From: Planctomycetota bacterium
GTDB taxonomy: Bacteria; Planctomycetota; UBA1135; UBA2386
NCBI GenBank assembly: GCA_965223545.1
Contig: OZ245006.1
Location: 5,664,001-5,728,000 of the forward strand
Length of the DNA stretch: 64,000 nucleotides
Direction of reading: 5' to 3'
A program made the position numbers and the translations under genes. Below, in pieces: positions 27,859-37,803 of this stretch. How positions within the stretch are numbered: the stretch's first letter is position 1; every line of letters starts with the position of its first letter. The notes beneath the pieces are model-generated. The model worked only from the letters and a program-made list of their open reading frames with translations, did not search any database and was not told the origin of the DNA.

Positions 27859-29064
27859 CTAGCGGCGTCCGTCGCCGACGAGCGCGCGCTCGATCTTGGT
27901 GAGTTCGCGTGCGAAGATGCGCTTGAACGTGCTGGCTTGGCCGCGGCCGGCTAGCGCGTCGCGCAGATACTGGGTGAAGCGGTCGCGGTAGGTGCCGCCG
28001 GCGCCGGTGAGCATGTGGTGGAACAGGGCGTAGCTCTGCGCGTATTTCAAGCGCTGTTTGGATGATGCGCCGTAGTCCGAGCTGTTGAAGTTGAGGACGC
28101 GTTGCAGGCTGTAGGGATCGCGACTCTCCGCCACCAGCGCCAGGTGGCCGCGATGGACGCGATCGGGGCGCAGGGTGGCGATGCCCGGCCGCACCGGCAC
28201 GATGACCGTTTCCATGTGCTCGGCGAGGGCTTCATCGAGCCACGGGGGCAGGCGGCCGCGGCCCGACCGGGAGCCGCCGGCCAGGTTGTAGAGCACTGCG
28301 TGGGTGGCCTCGTGGAACAGCGCAAACGGTCGCCCGTCGCCTTGCATCCAGGTGTAGAGCACGTTCTCGGATTGCGAGAACCAAGCGCCGACGTTGTTGC
28401 TGGCGCTGGGGAACTGCTCGCGGTCGCCGTACACGTAGCAGGTCGCCGGCGTCAGTAGCTCGTCGAGTTCGAGCTCACGCTGCCAGAGCTCGTAGAACCC
28501 GGCGTAGAAGTACTCGAGCTCGAACAGCACGCGGATCGTCGTCGCCAGCCCGCGATCGCAGCGCACTTCGAAGTGTTCCGAGCGCAGCTGCCAGGCGTCG
28601 TTCCAACGCATCCGGCGCTCCTCGACGACGGCGAGGGGCAGCCAGCGGCCGGCGACCGGCAGGCGCCAGCCGTTGCCGGTGTCCCGGTGGCCGAGGCGCT
28701 CGTTGGCTTCTGGATGGTCGGGGTCGAGCAGCAGGATGCGGTAGCAGAGCAGCCGGGCCTCGTGCTCGAGCCGGCCGGTATCGCACTGCTCGACCAGCTC
28801 CAGCAGCTGCGCGGCCGAGGCCTGGTCGGTGCGACGCAAGGCGGTGAGAAGCTGTCGATGGTGTTGCGCGACGCTGTCGATGGACTGGATACGGTCACGC
28901 GGAATCGTTCGCACGCGGGACCCCACCTGTACCCGCACGGCGTCGGCTTCGACGCGCAGGACCCGGCCCTCGACCGCGCTTCCCCGGGTCAGAGTCACCG
29001 TGTCGCGCTGGTCGCCAGCCTGCGCCACGAGAGCCGCGCAGCACAACAGAGAGATCGGGGTCAT
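27859..29064 (-). CDS. DUF1570-like secreted zinc-peptidase protein
   Basis: Signal peptide; DTVTLTRGSAVEGRV; SEHFEV; HEATH zinc motif; PPWLDEALAEH; YAQSYAL. Confidence 0.8.
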   Translation of the reverse strand: MTPISLLCCAALVAQAGDQRDTVTLTRGSAVEGRVLRVEADAVRVQVGSRVRTIPRDRIQSIDSVAQHHRQLLTALRRTDQASAAQLLELVEQCDTGRLEHEARLLCYRILLLDPDHPEANERLGHRDTGNGWRLPVAGRWLPLAVVEERRMRWNDAWQLRSEHFEVRCDRGLATTIRVLFELEYFYAGFYELWQRELELDELLTPATCYVYGDREQFPSASNNVGAWFSQSENVLYTWMQGDGRPFALFHEATHAVLYNLAGGSRSGRGRLPPWLDEALAEHMETVIVPVRPGIATLRPDRVHRGHLALVAESRDPYSLQRVLNFNSSDYGASSKQRLKYAQSYALFHHMLTGAGGTYRDRFTQYLRDALAGRGQASTFKRIFARELTKIERALVGDGRR

Positions 29065-29153
29065 CGGTGGGTTGCGAAGCGCTTGCTTCGCTGTCACGGG
29101 GATTCTAGCGTGGCAGCGGGTTCCTCAGGTGACGGTCCAGCCCCAGGAGTGCG

Positions 29154-29543
29154 ATGGGTTTCATCCAAGAGTTCAAAGAGTTTGCGGTCAAAGGAAACAT
29201 GGTCGACATGGCGGTCGGCATCATCATCGGAGGTGCTTTCGGCACGGTGGTGAAGTCGCTGGTCGACGACCTCCTCATGCCCCCGCTCGGCTACCTGACC
29301 GGTGGAGTCGACTTCTCCGATGAGAAGCTGACCCTCGGCACCGACGAGCCGGTGGACATCACCTGGGGCAACTTCGTCAACAACCTGATCGCGTTCCTGA
29401 TCGTCGCGTTTGCGGTGTTCCTGCTGGTGAAGGGCATCAACGCGCTGCGTCGGGAAGAGGAAGAGAAGCCGGCGGCGCCGCCGGAGCCGAGCGACGAGGT
29501 CAAGCTGCTGACCGAGATTCGCGACGCGCTGCAGAAGGGCTGA
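29154..29543 (+). CDS. mscL: large-conductance mechanosensitive channel
   Basis: [41 protein letters not shown]. Confidence 0.97.
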   Translation: MGFIQEFKEFAVKGNMVDMAVGIIIGGAFGTVVKSLVDDLLMPPLGYLTGGVDFSDEKLTLGTDEPVDITWGNFVNNLIAFLIVAFAVFLLVKGINALRREEEEKPAAPPEPSDEVKLLTEIRDALQKG

Positions 29544-29625
29544 GGCCTGCTGCGCCCCTTTGGCGGTGAGGGCAACCACCGCGGAATCGAGCGCCGGCGC
29601 GGGCAAGGCCGCGCGCGCTGAAGAA

Positions 29626-29772
29626 TGCCGAGTGGACGGCCCGCCGGTTGCGGCTTTGGGAGAACCTGTCCGCCGTTCAGGTGAGGGAACGACGAACGAT
29701 CGGGGCTCCCAAGACTGTCAGAAAAGATCTGGTTCACCCTCGGCCGCAGCCCGGTGAACCGCCCACTCAGCA
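29626..29772 (-). ncRNA. ssrS: probable 6S RNA
   Basis: Rod-like fold on the minus strand: UGCUGAGUGGGCGG/CCGUCCACUCGGCA, UGCGGC/GCCGCA, UUGGGAG/CUCCCAA, CGUCGUUC/GAACGGCG; three mismatches become G-U pairs only on the minus strand; central unpaired UGAACCAGAUCUUUUCUGACA; 6S-like GUUC, UGAACC, GGGAGC and GCGGGC motifs. Confidence 0.6.
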
Positions 29773-29905
29773 AAGCTCTCTGATCGACGCACCGAGGTGC
29801 TGCCGATGTGAGTGCAGACATCTAAGCCCGCCGTGCGAGGGGCGACCATCGGGCATGCTGCGCATTCCCGGCTCAGGGATCTCCGGATTCCGTCCCGAGC
29901 GACAT

Positions 29906-30556
29906 TCAGTCGAGCGTGGTGAGTCCCACGCGAATGGCGAACTTCGTCAGCTCCGCGACGCTGCGGATCTCGAGCTTGTTCATGATGTTCTGCCGGTGGG
30001 TCTCGATGGTCTTGGCGCTGACGTGCAGGGTGGCGGCGATCTGCTTGGTGGACTTGCCCTCCGCCAGTAGCTGCAGCACTTCGCGCTCTTTGGGCGTCAG
30101 AATCGACGCTGGCCCGTCATCGGCGGTCTTCTGTAGCTTGCGCACGTAGTCATCGACGACGACTCCGGTGATTCCAGGGCTCAGGTAGACACCACCGCGC
30201 ATCACCTCGGTGACCGCGGTGGCGAGCTCGTCGAAGGCGCAGTCCTTGAGCAGGTAGCCGGTGGCCCCGGCCTCGAGCGCGCGGCCGACGAAGCTGGCGT
30301 CGGAATGCATCGACAGGGCGATCACGCGCGTGCGGTCGTGATCGCGGCGTAGCTGCCGCGTGGCTTCGATGCCGTTGAGCTCGGGCATCGCCACGTCCAT
30401 CACGACGAGGTCGGGCGTCAGCTTCTTCGCCAGCGCGACCGCTTCGCGGCCGTTGGTCGCTTGACCGACGACTTCGTGCCCGGCACTCGTCAGCAGGGTG
30501 CGCAGGCCGTCGCGCAGGATCTGGTGGTCGTCCGCCAGCAGGATGCGAATCGTCAT
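29906..30556 (-). CDS. NarL/FixJ-family response regulator
   Basis: ILLADDH, VVMDVAMPELNG, GYLLK, LuxR HTH LTPKEREVLQLLAEGKSTKQIA...KTIETHRQNIMNKL. Confidence 0.95.
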   Translation of the reverse strand: MTIRILLADDHQILRDGLRTLLTSAGHEVVGQATNGREAVALAKKLTPDLVVMDVAMPELNGIEATRQLRRDHDRTRVIALSMHSDASFVGRALEAGATGYLLKDCAFDELATAVTEVMRGGVYLSPGITGVVVDDYVRKLQKTADDGPASILTPKEREVLQLLAEGKSTKQIAATLHVSAKTIETHRQNIMNKLEIRSVAELTKFAIRVGLTTLD

Positions 30557-30584
30557 CGGGGCTCCTTTTGGTGCACAGTACAGT

Positions 30585-31724
30585 TCAATCGGAAAGTGGA
30601 ACGTGAATCGTGATGCGGGTGCCGGCGCCGGGCTGCGAATCGATCTCGAGCTGGCCGCCTGCGGTCTCGATGCGCTCGCGGACGCTGAACAGGCCGAAGC
30701 CGCCGCGCCGCGGCGCATCCGGGTCGAAGCCCTCGCCGTCGTCCTCGACCGTGACCCAGAGGCGCTCGTCGGCGCGCCAGGTGCGCACGCCCGCGCGGCT
30801 GGCGCCGGCGTGCTTGACCACGTTGTGCAGCACCTCGCGCACCGCTTGGAACACCAGCGAGCGGGTCGCCGGCTGTAGCGGTTTGGCGGTGCCGTCGTCG
30901 CCGTAGTCGGTGTGGATGCGGTCGCGCGCGCCGACCCGCTCGACCAGGCTCTGTAGTGCGGCCTCGAGGCCGAGCTCGTGCAACAGCGGTGGTGCCAGCT
31001 CGGCAGTCAGGTCGCGCGTCAAGGCGATGGTCTCGTCGAGCAGATCGCGCACCGTGGCGAGGCGATCGCCTTGCTCGGCACCGGCTGCCGATTGCCCGAG
31101 CCAGCCGATCTGCAGCTTGGCCAACGCCAGGTTCTGGCCGATGCCGTCGTGCAGCAGGGCTGCCAGTCGGTTGCGCTCGCGATGCTCGGCGCGGGTGACC
31201 GCTTCAGTGAGCTGGCGCAACTCGTCCTGGTAGGCGACGAGCCGTGCGTGCACGCGCCGGCGCTCGGCGATCTCTGCCTGCAGCCGCGCGTTGGTCTCGA
31301 TCAGCGCGGCGGTGTGCTCCCGCTCGGACTGCTCGAACTCGAGGCTGCTCTCGCGCGCCGTCTGCAGGATGGCGTGCAGCTGCTCGTGCGCGCGGTCGGC
31401 CAGCGCCAGCAGCACTAGCCGCCGCTCTGGAGTGCGGACCGCGATCGCTTCGAGGTGGCACGGCCGCTGCTCTCGGTCGTCCTGCGTCCACTCCCCGGAG
31501 CGGACGGAGCGGACTTCACCGCCGCTCCAGACGGCTTTCGCCTCACCGAGAAACTGCGCCAAGTAGGGCAGCTCCGCCGCCAGGTCGACGCGGTCGCCGT
31601 CCAGCTGGGGCATGCGCGCGAGCAACGCTTCCGGCAGGGGGCGGACGGGCCGGTACCATGGGCCACCCAGCGGCGCGAAGGCCGCCAGCCCCAGCGCGGA
31701 GATCAGCTGGTCTTGGGAGTGCAT
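30585..31724 (-). CDS. cytoplasmic sensor histidine kinase (HisKA_3/NarX-type) with unusual N-terminal domain
   Basis: ERNRLAALLHDGIGQNL, EVLHNVVKHAGA, DDGEGF, GFGLFSVRER, PGAGT; no TM segment. Confidence 0.92.
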   Translation of the reverse strand: MHSQDQLISALGLAAFAPLGGPWYRPVRPLPEALLARMPQLDGDRVDLAAELPYLAQFLGEAKAVWSGGEVRSVRSGEWTQDDREQRPCHLEAIAVRTPERRLVLLALADRAHEQLHAILQTARESSLEFEQSEREHTAALIETNARLQAEIAERRRVHARLVAYQDELRQLTEAVTRAEHRERNRLAALLHDGIGQNLALAKLQIGWLGQSAAGAEQGDRLATVRDLLDETIALTRDLTAELAPPLLHELGLEAALQSLVERVGARDRIHTDYGDDGTAKPLQPATRSLVFQAVREVLHNVVKHAGASRAGVRTWRADERLWVTVEDDGEGFDPDAPRRGGFGLFSVRERIETAGGQLEIDSQPGAGTRITIHVPLSD

Positions 31725-31914
31725 CGGTCGTTGCTTCGGTGAGCCGGCGCGCTAACCGGCGGCGGGCGTAGTGTTCAGGGGGCGAGGGCGTTTCCGGCAA
31801 GATCGGGAATCGCGAAGCCGGGTTTCCAGAGCTCTGCGGATGCGCCCGAAATGTCGGGGATCTTATCAGTGGGTCATGCTCGTAACCCCGCTCCAACCCG
31901 GGGACCCAAGACCC

Positions 31915-32337
31915 ATGACAGCAACCGAAGTCGTGTGTGGCGTGTGTGGAGGGCAGCACCAAGTGCCCTTGACCACCGGGTCCTACACTTGTCCGCGCCG
32001 GAACCGGCCGTATCGCTTGGTATTCGGCACCGTGGAGGAGCTGCAGGTGCGGTCGATGCGCGGCAGCGAGCAGATCGTCGAGGTGCGGCTGGACAGCGAG
32101 GACGGCGAGCAGCTGTTCGAATGGGGGATCGGCGCCGGCAAGCGCCTCACCGCCGAGCGCGGCGATTTCGTCGCGCTGGCGTTCTACCTGCAACGCGTCA
32201 CCGCGCTGCACAACTTGACCGTCGGCCGGGTGCACGTGTTTCGCGTGCCGCGGCTGCCGTGGGTGACTGGTTTGTTCTTGGCGCCGGGGCTGGCGATCGC
32301 CTACGGCTTGGCCCGCGTCGTCGGCACGGCGTTGTAG
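31915..32337 (+). CDS. hypothetical protein with N-terminal Cys cluster and C-terminal TM
   Basis: CGVCGGQH...YTCP; hydrophobic C-terminus; GC3-rich codons. Confidence 0.55.
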   Translation: MTATEVVCGVCGGQHQVPLTTGSYTCPRRNRPYRLVFGTVEELQVRSMRGSEQIVEVRLDSEDGEQLFEWGIGAGKRLTAERGDFVALAFYLQRVTALHNLTVGRVHVFRVPRLPWVTGLFLAPGLAIAYGLARVVGTAL

Positions 32338-32473
32338 CGCCGACAGGCCTGCGCCTCGTTGGCGCGGACGAGTTCTGTCACTACGATGTCGGCCCCGTGC
32401 GGCCGCTTCCCGTCGCCATGATCTTGCTCGACGCCGCCGTCTCCCGCGCTGTCATCGCGGCGGAGCCGCCGCG

Positions 32474-33274
<801 letters not shown>

Positions 33275-33289
33275 GGCCGCGCTCGCGGT

Positions 33290-34174
33290 TCAGCGCCCGC
33301 TTCCGGTCAGCGTCGGTTTGCGGCGGAAGGTGCGCTTGGCCTTGTTGAGCCACTCGTGGGCGAACACCTGTAGGCCCGGCTGTGGGAATGTGTAGCGCCT
33401 GGCGGTCGAGCGCCAGAAGAACGTGACGTTGAACTGGAAGCCCTCACACGTGGTGAGGTGCCACCACTGCACCGGGATCAGCAGGATCTCGCCCGGCGCC
33501 AGGTTGACGATGGTCGGCACGGCCTTCTTGAACTTGGGAAACCCGTCCGACGGCGGGGCGTCGAGCTTCAAGTAGTCCGTGTCGCGGGTGAACTGGGCGA
33601 TCTGCTGGGGGCCGTCCACCTGGCTGAACATCCACGCGTTGGACTGCCAGGGATGCGCGTAGAGCAGCGGGAACTGCTCGGGCGAGTAGAGCAGGATCTC
33701 CTTGTGCCCCTGGAGCTGACACAGGATCGCTTCGGTCGTGGCGTGGTAGTGCAGCGGCATGCACGTGTTGCGACCGAGAAAGATGCGGGGCTCACCATCG
33801 GCGTAACGGCTGCCGTCGACGTCCTCGCACAGCCGTTGTGAGATCAGGCTGAGGTCGTGCTCCGTCATGTAGAACCGCCGGTCCGGCGGCTCCGCGGTGA
33901 GGATGTCGACGAACTCGCGCAGCGTCAGGGTGCGGTCGTCGCGCCCGCTGGGCGTGTACCACCGCTGGAAGTCCCCGCGCTCGTCGTAGTGGACGGTGAC
34001 TTCGGCGTCGCCGGCGACCTCGCGAAAGTAGTCGGGTCCCCACTTGTGGAACGCCGGCCATTGGTCGGCGACCCCGGTGATCACGACGGGGTGGTTGCGA
34101 TCGACCCATCGCATCAGCTCTTCGCGCGATGGGGCGTGGATGCGCTCGATGTCGGTGCTGCTGGGTCGGGTCAT
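33290..34174 (-). CDS. JmjC/cupin-like (Cupin_8) 2-oxoglutarate oxygenase family protein
   Basis: PVVITG...WPAFHKW, PLHYH, QLQGHKEILLYSP, LAPGEILLIPVQWWH. Confidence 0.85.
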   Translation of the reverse strand: MTRPSSTDIERIHAPSREELMRWVDRNHPVVITGVADQWPAFHKWGPDYFREVAGDAEVTVHYDERGDFQRWYTPSGRDDRTLTLREFVDILTAEPPDRRFYMTEHDLSLISQRLCEDVDGSRYADGEPRIFLGRNTCMPLHYHATTEAILCQLQGHKEILLYSPEQFPLLYAHPWQSNAWMFSQVDGPQQIAQFTRDTDYLKLDAPPSDGFPKFKKAVPTIVNLAPGEILLIPVQWWHLTTCEGFQFNVTFFWRSTARRYTFPQPGLQVFAHEWLNKAKRTFRRKPTLTGSGR

Positions 34175-34267
34175 CGTCGATGCTTGCTACCGGGTGCTCC
34201 TCCGCCAAAGCATAGCATCCCACCTCCGCGGGCCGGCAAGGGAGCCGTGCCCGCGGGGGCAGCCGGG

Positions 34268-37200
34268 TCAGCGCGAGCTTCCGCCCGAATGGCCGCTGCC
34301 ACCGGAGGCTTCGCCCGCGCCGGTCGCCGCGGGTTCGGTGGTCTCCGGCGAAGGTTCGGCACCGGCCTCGGTCGACGAGGCGGCCTCGGTGGTGGCCGGC
34401 TCGGCGGGTGTCCCCGTGGCCGCGGCCTCGGCGGTGGTCGCCTCGGCGGCGGCTTCCTCGGCCTTCTCAGCGGCCGCCAGCTTCTCCTCGGCCTCGATCT
34501 TGGCCTCCATCGCCAGCACCTCGTGGTAGCTGGCGGCGTGCTCCAGCTTCTCGGTCGCCCGGTCTTCGTAGTCGACGCCGTCGGTCATCCACGCGGGCGC
34601 CGGTGCCCCCTTCAGGTGGTGGTCGAAGTACTCCTGCATGCGCCGGGTCCAGTCCTTCTGGTTCTGCCGCTTGCGCAGGCCGTGACCCGCGCCGACGTAG
34701 TTGAACAGGTAGGCCTCCTTGCCGAGGCGGCGCAGCGCCATGAAGTACTCGATGCCGTTGGTCCACGGCACCGCGCCGTCTTCGTCGTTGTGCAGGATCA
34801 GCACCGGCGTCTGCACCTTGTCGGCGAAGAAGATCGGCGAGTTCTCCCAGTAGCGCATGGGGTACTGCCACAGCGAGCCGCCGATGCGACTCTGCGTCAT
34901 CTCGTACTGGAACTGGCGCGACATGCCGCTGCCGTAGCGAATGCCGCCGTACGCCGAGACCATGTTGGACACCGGGGCCCCCGACTCCACCGCCTTGAAG
35001 ATGTTGGTGCGCGTCACCAGATATGCGGTCTGGTAGCCGCCCCAGCTGTGGCCGGCGGCGCCGATCGCGTTCTCGTCGACGAAGCCCTGGTTGATCAGGT
35101 GTTGCACGCCGGAGACGACGCACTTGACCGCCGACGGGCCGGGGTAGCCGACGTCGTAGTGGATGTCGGGCACGAACCACAGGTAGCCGTTGCTGACGTA
35201 GTAGGCGGCGTTGGGCGAGGTGCCGGGTGACGGCCGCGTGTGGCGGTGCACCTGCGAGCTCATGCGCTCGTAGAAGTAGACCATCATCGGCCACTTCTTG
35301 TTCGGGTCGAAGCCGTCTGGCTTGATCAGGTAGCCCTTGAGCGGCTTGCCGTCGAGCGAGGCCCAGGTCACCAGCTCGGCGTCGCCCCAACGGATGCCGT
35401 CCAGCTGCGCGCCGACGTCGGTCAGCTTGACGCGGTTGCCGAACGCCATGTCGGCGGTCCAGATGTCGGGGAACTCGCGAAAGCTCTCCAGCGTGAAGAA
35501 GAAGCGGTCCGCCTTGTCGGCCTTGGTCAGGCCACCGAGCGCGCGGTCGAACCAGACCACGCGGCGCGGCTTGCCGACCTCGCGCAGCGAGTCGGTGTAG
35601 ATGCCCCGCGCCATGGTCTGGGTGTTGGTGGCGTTCAGCCACAGCTCCTCGGGCAGGTGGTCCTCGTCGCGGTCCAGCCGCTGCACGCGGAAGCGGATCT
35701 CGTTGGCTCGGCCGAGGCCGTCGGTGATGCACACCGCGTCGCCGGTGGCCGGTGCGATGCGCCACAGATCGAACTCGTCGTGCAGCACCACCTCGGCGTC
35801 GTCGGCGGTCCAGCCGGCGACTCCGTGGGCCGGGTCGGGATGCGGGTGGTCGTCGTCGCTGCGGTGGAACTCGACGCCCAGGCCGCTGGTGAGATCACGC
35901 GTCTCCAGCGTCATGACGTCCACCGCGTGCCACCGGTACTCGGTGTCGAAGTAGATCAGATAGCGTCCCTGTGGCGACGTGCTCGGTCGGCCGCGCAGCT
36001 CGGTCAGCACCTTGCGGCGGGTGCCGTCGATGGTGTTGACCAGGTAGATGTCGCTGTAGCTCGAGTCCCACTGCACGCGCTGTTCGTAGGGCTTGTTGTC
36101 GCTGGCGAGCGCGCGCGACCCATCGGGGGTGATCAGGCGCATCGACGGGATCTGCTCGTCGCCCAGCACCACGATGCGGTCGTCGTCACGGTGGTAGGCG
36201 CAGGTCCAGCTGTCGCTGCTCCGCCGCTTGGCCTGCATCGGCTGGATCATGCCGTCGCGCCAGTGCCACAGGTCGAGCTTGACCTCGTCCTCGGGCAGGA
36301 TCTTGGGGTCTTCTTCCTCCGGATCGTCGATGGAGAACGTCAGGACGCTACCGTCCTTGCTGAAGGAAACGCCCGAACGCGCGAGCTTCTTGTTCTCGGG
36401 CATGCTCGCGGTGCCTTGGTGCACGATGCGTCGGGCCGCCGCGTCACTGAAGTCCCAGAGGTAGAGGTCCCAGAGGGGCTTCTCGGCGGCGAAGTCCTCC
36501 TTGTTGGACAGGAACGCGAAGCCGGTGGCTTCCTCGTCGACGGTGTAGCCGGAGAACTCCGCGGCACCCGCGACCAGGGTGACCGTGCGGTCGGTGCCGA
36601 GCTGCAGCGCGTGCAGGCCGTAGGGCACGGCGTCGTCGAGCTCCTTCTTGGAGCAGTGGTAGTAGAGCCACTTGCCCTCGGCGGTCAGGCCGTAGCCGAC
36701 CACGTGGTCGATGGTCCGCGAAGTGCCCGCGCCGAGGTCGCGGACCACCAGCTGGGTGCCGTCCTTGCGCTTCTTCTTCAGCGGATCCTCGTCGTCATCC
36801 TCCTTCTCGGCGCCCTTGCGCCCACCGCGGCGTCCGCGCCGGCGTTCGCCGCTGGAGCTCTCGCCTGGCTCCGCCTTCTTCTCGGCGGTCTTCTTTTCCG
36901 CGGTCTTCTCTTCGGTGGCCTTCGCTTCGGCGGGCTTCTTCTCCTCCGCACCGGCCTCCTTCGACTCTTCGCTTTCGCCGGAGGCTTCGCCTTCCTCGCC
37001 GTCCTTCTCTTCGTCGTCCTTCTCAGGCTCGTCGAAGTGGTAGACCAGCATCGAGCTGTCCTCGGGGACGCGGAACCCCTTGACGTTCTCGACGATCTCG
37101 ACCTGGCCCGTCGTCAGATCGAGGATGCCGAGATCGCCCTTGCCGCCACTGCCGCCGCGGCGCGCTCCGCCGCCGCCGCCGAACCGCCGCCGCATTTCCT

Positions 37201-37582
37201 CGGCGCGGCTGGAGCCGCCACCGCTGCTCTGGCTCTTGACCTTGCCCTTCTCGGCCAGCTCGCGGATCCGCTTCTCGCGCTCCTCGACCACCGACTCGCC
37301 GATCGAGAACACCACGTAGCGGGCATCGGCGGTGAAGGTCGCGCTGGTGCCGCGCGGATGCTCGTAGCGCGTGCCGTTCTCGACGTGGCGCACGCGGAGC
37401 TCGCCGTCACCCCACGCCGGCGCAACGGTGTAGGCGATCCACTTTCCGTCGGCCGAGTAGGCGGTGCCGCGGATCGACTTCCAGGAGTCGTAGTCGTCGT
37501 GCGTCAGCGGGCGCAGCCCGTCCTGGGCGGTTGCGGCGATCGGTACGGCGAGGGTCAGAAACAGTGCGAGGGTGGCGCGCAT
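34268..37582 (-). CDS. secreted S9-family (prolyl oligopeptidase-like) peptidase
   Basis: Signal peptide; beta-propeller; GHSWGG nucleophile, HNDEDGAVP, GHGL. Confidence 0.93.
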   Translation of the reverse strand: MRATLALFLTLAVPIAATAQDGLRPLTHDDYDSWKSIRGTAYSADGKWIAYTVAPAWGDGELRVRHVENGTRYEHPRGTSATFTADARYVVFSIGESVVEEREKRIRELAEKGKVKSQSSGGGSSRAEEMRRRFGGGGGARRGGSGGKGDLGILDLTTGQVEIVENVKGFRVPEDSSMLVYHFDEPEKDDEEKDGEEGEASGESEESKEAGAEEKKPAEAKATEEKTAEKKTAEKKAEPGESSSGERRRGRRGGRKGAEKEDDDEDPLKKKRKDGTQLVVRDLGAGTSRTIDHVVGYGLTAEGKWLYYHCSKKELDDAVPYGLHALQLGTDRTVTLVAGAAEFSGYTVDEEATGFAFLSNKEDFAAEKPLWDLYLWDFSDAAARRIVHQGTASMPENKKLARSGVSFSKDGSVLTFSIDDPEEEDPKILPEDEVKLDLWHWRDGMIQPMQAKRRSSDSWTCAYHRDDDRIVVLGDEQIPSMRLITPDGSRALASDNKPYEQRVQWDSSYSDIYLVNTIDGTRRKVLTELRGRPSTSPQGRYLIYFDTEYRWHAVDVMTLETRDLTSGLGVEFHRSDDDHPHPDPAHGVAGWTADDAEVVLHDEFDLWRIAPATGDAVCITDGLGRANEIRFRVQRLDRDEDHLPEELWLNATNTQTMARGIYTDSLREVGKPRRVVWFDRALGGLTKADKADRFFFTLESFREFPDIWTADMAFGNRVKLTDVGAQLDGIRWGDAELVTWASLDGKPLKGYLIKPDGFDPNKKWPMMVYFYERMSSQVHRHTRPSPGTSPNAAYYVSNGYLWFVPDIHYDVGYPGPSAVKCVVSGVQHLINQGFVDENAIGAAGHSWGGYQTAYLVTRTNIFKAVESGAPVSNMVSAYGGIRYGSGMSRQFQYEMTQSRIGGSLWQYPMRYWENSPIFFADKVQTPVLILHNDEDGAVPWTNGIEYFMALRRLGKEAYLFNYVGAGHGLRKRQNQKDWTRRMQEYFDHHLKGAPAPAWMTDGVDYEDRATEKLEHAASYHEVLAMEAKIEAEEKLAAAEKAEEAAAEATTAEAAATGTPAEPATTEAASSTEAGAEPSPETTEPAATGAGEASGGSGHSGGSSR

Positions 37583-37803
37583 GGGGTCTTTCAGGTCTCT
37601 CTCGGAGGAGCCGGTTGGGGGGGCGGGCGGCGCGTGCCGCCGAGGACCGCCATCTTACGAACCTCGGCGCCGCGCCGCGGGCGGCCATCGGGGCAAATCG
37701 CCAGGTCCGGCTGGCGGTGGCGCCCGGGCCGGGATCCGGCGCAGCGTTACATCCGTGCGACGCCCGACCGGTCGTCGGCAACGGTCGGTTAGCATCCCCG
37801 CCG

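Noticed and set aside
29660..29700. SRP RNA or riboswitch reading of the intergenic structure
   Set aside because: No SRP GGAA-tetraloop/AGCAG motif; the flanking genes converge, so no suitable downstream gene for a riboswitch; a 6S-like fold fits better
29872..29886. TCAGGGATCTCCGGA as a NarL-type operator
   Set aside because: Weak imperfect palindrome with no convincing second copy
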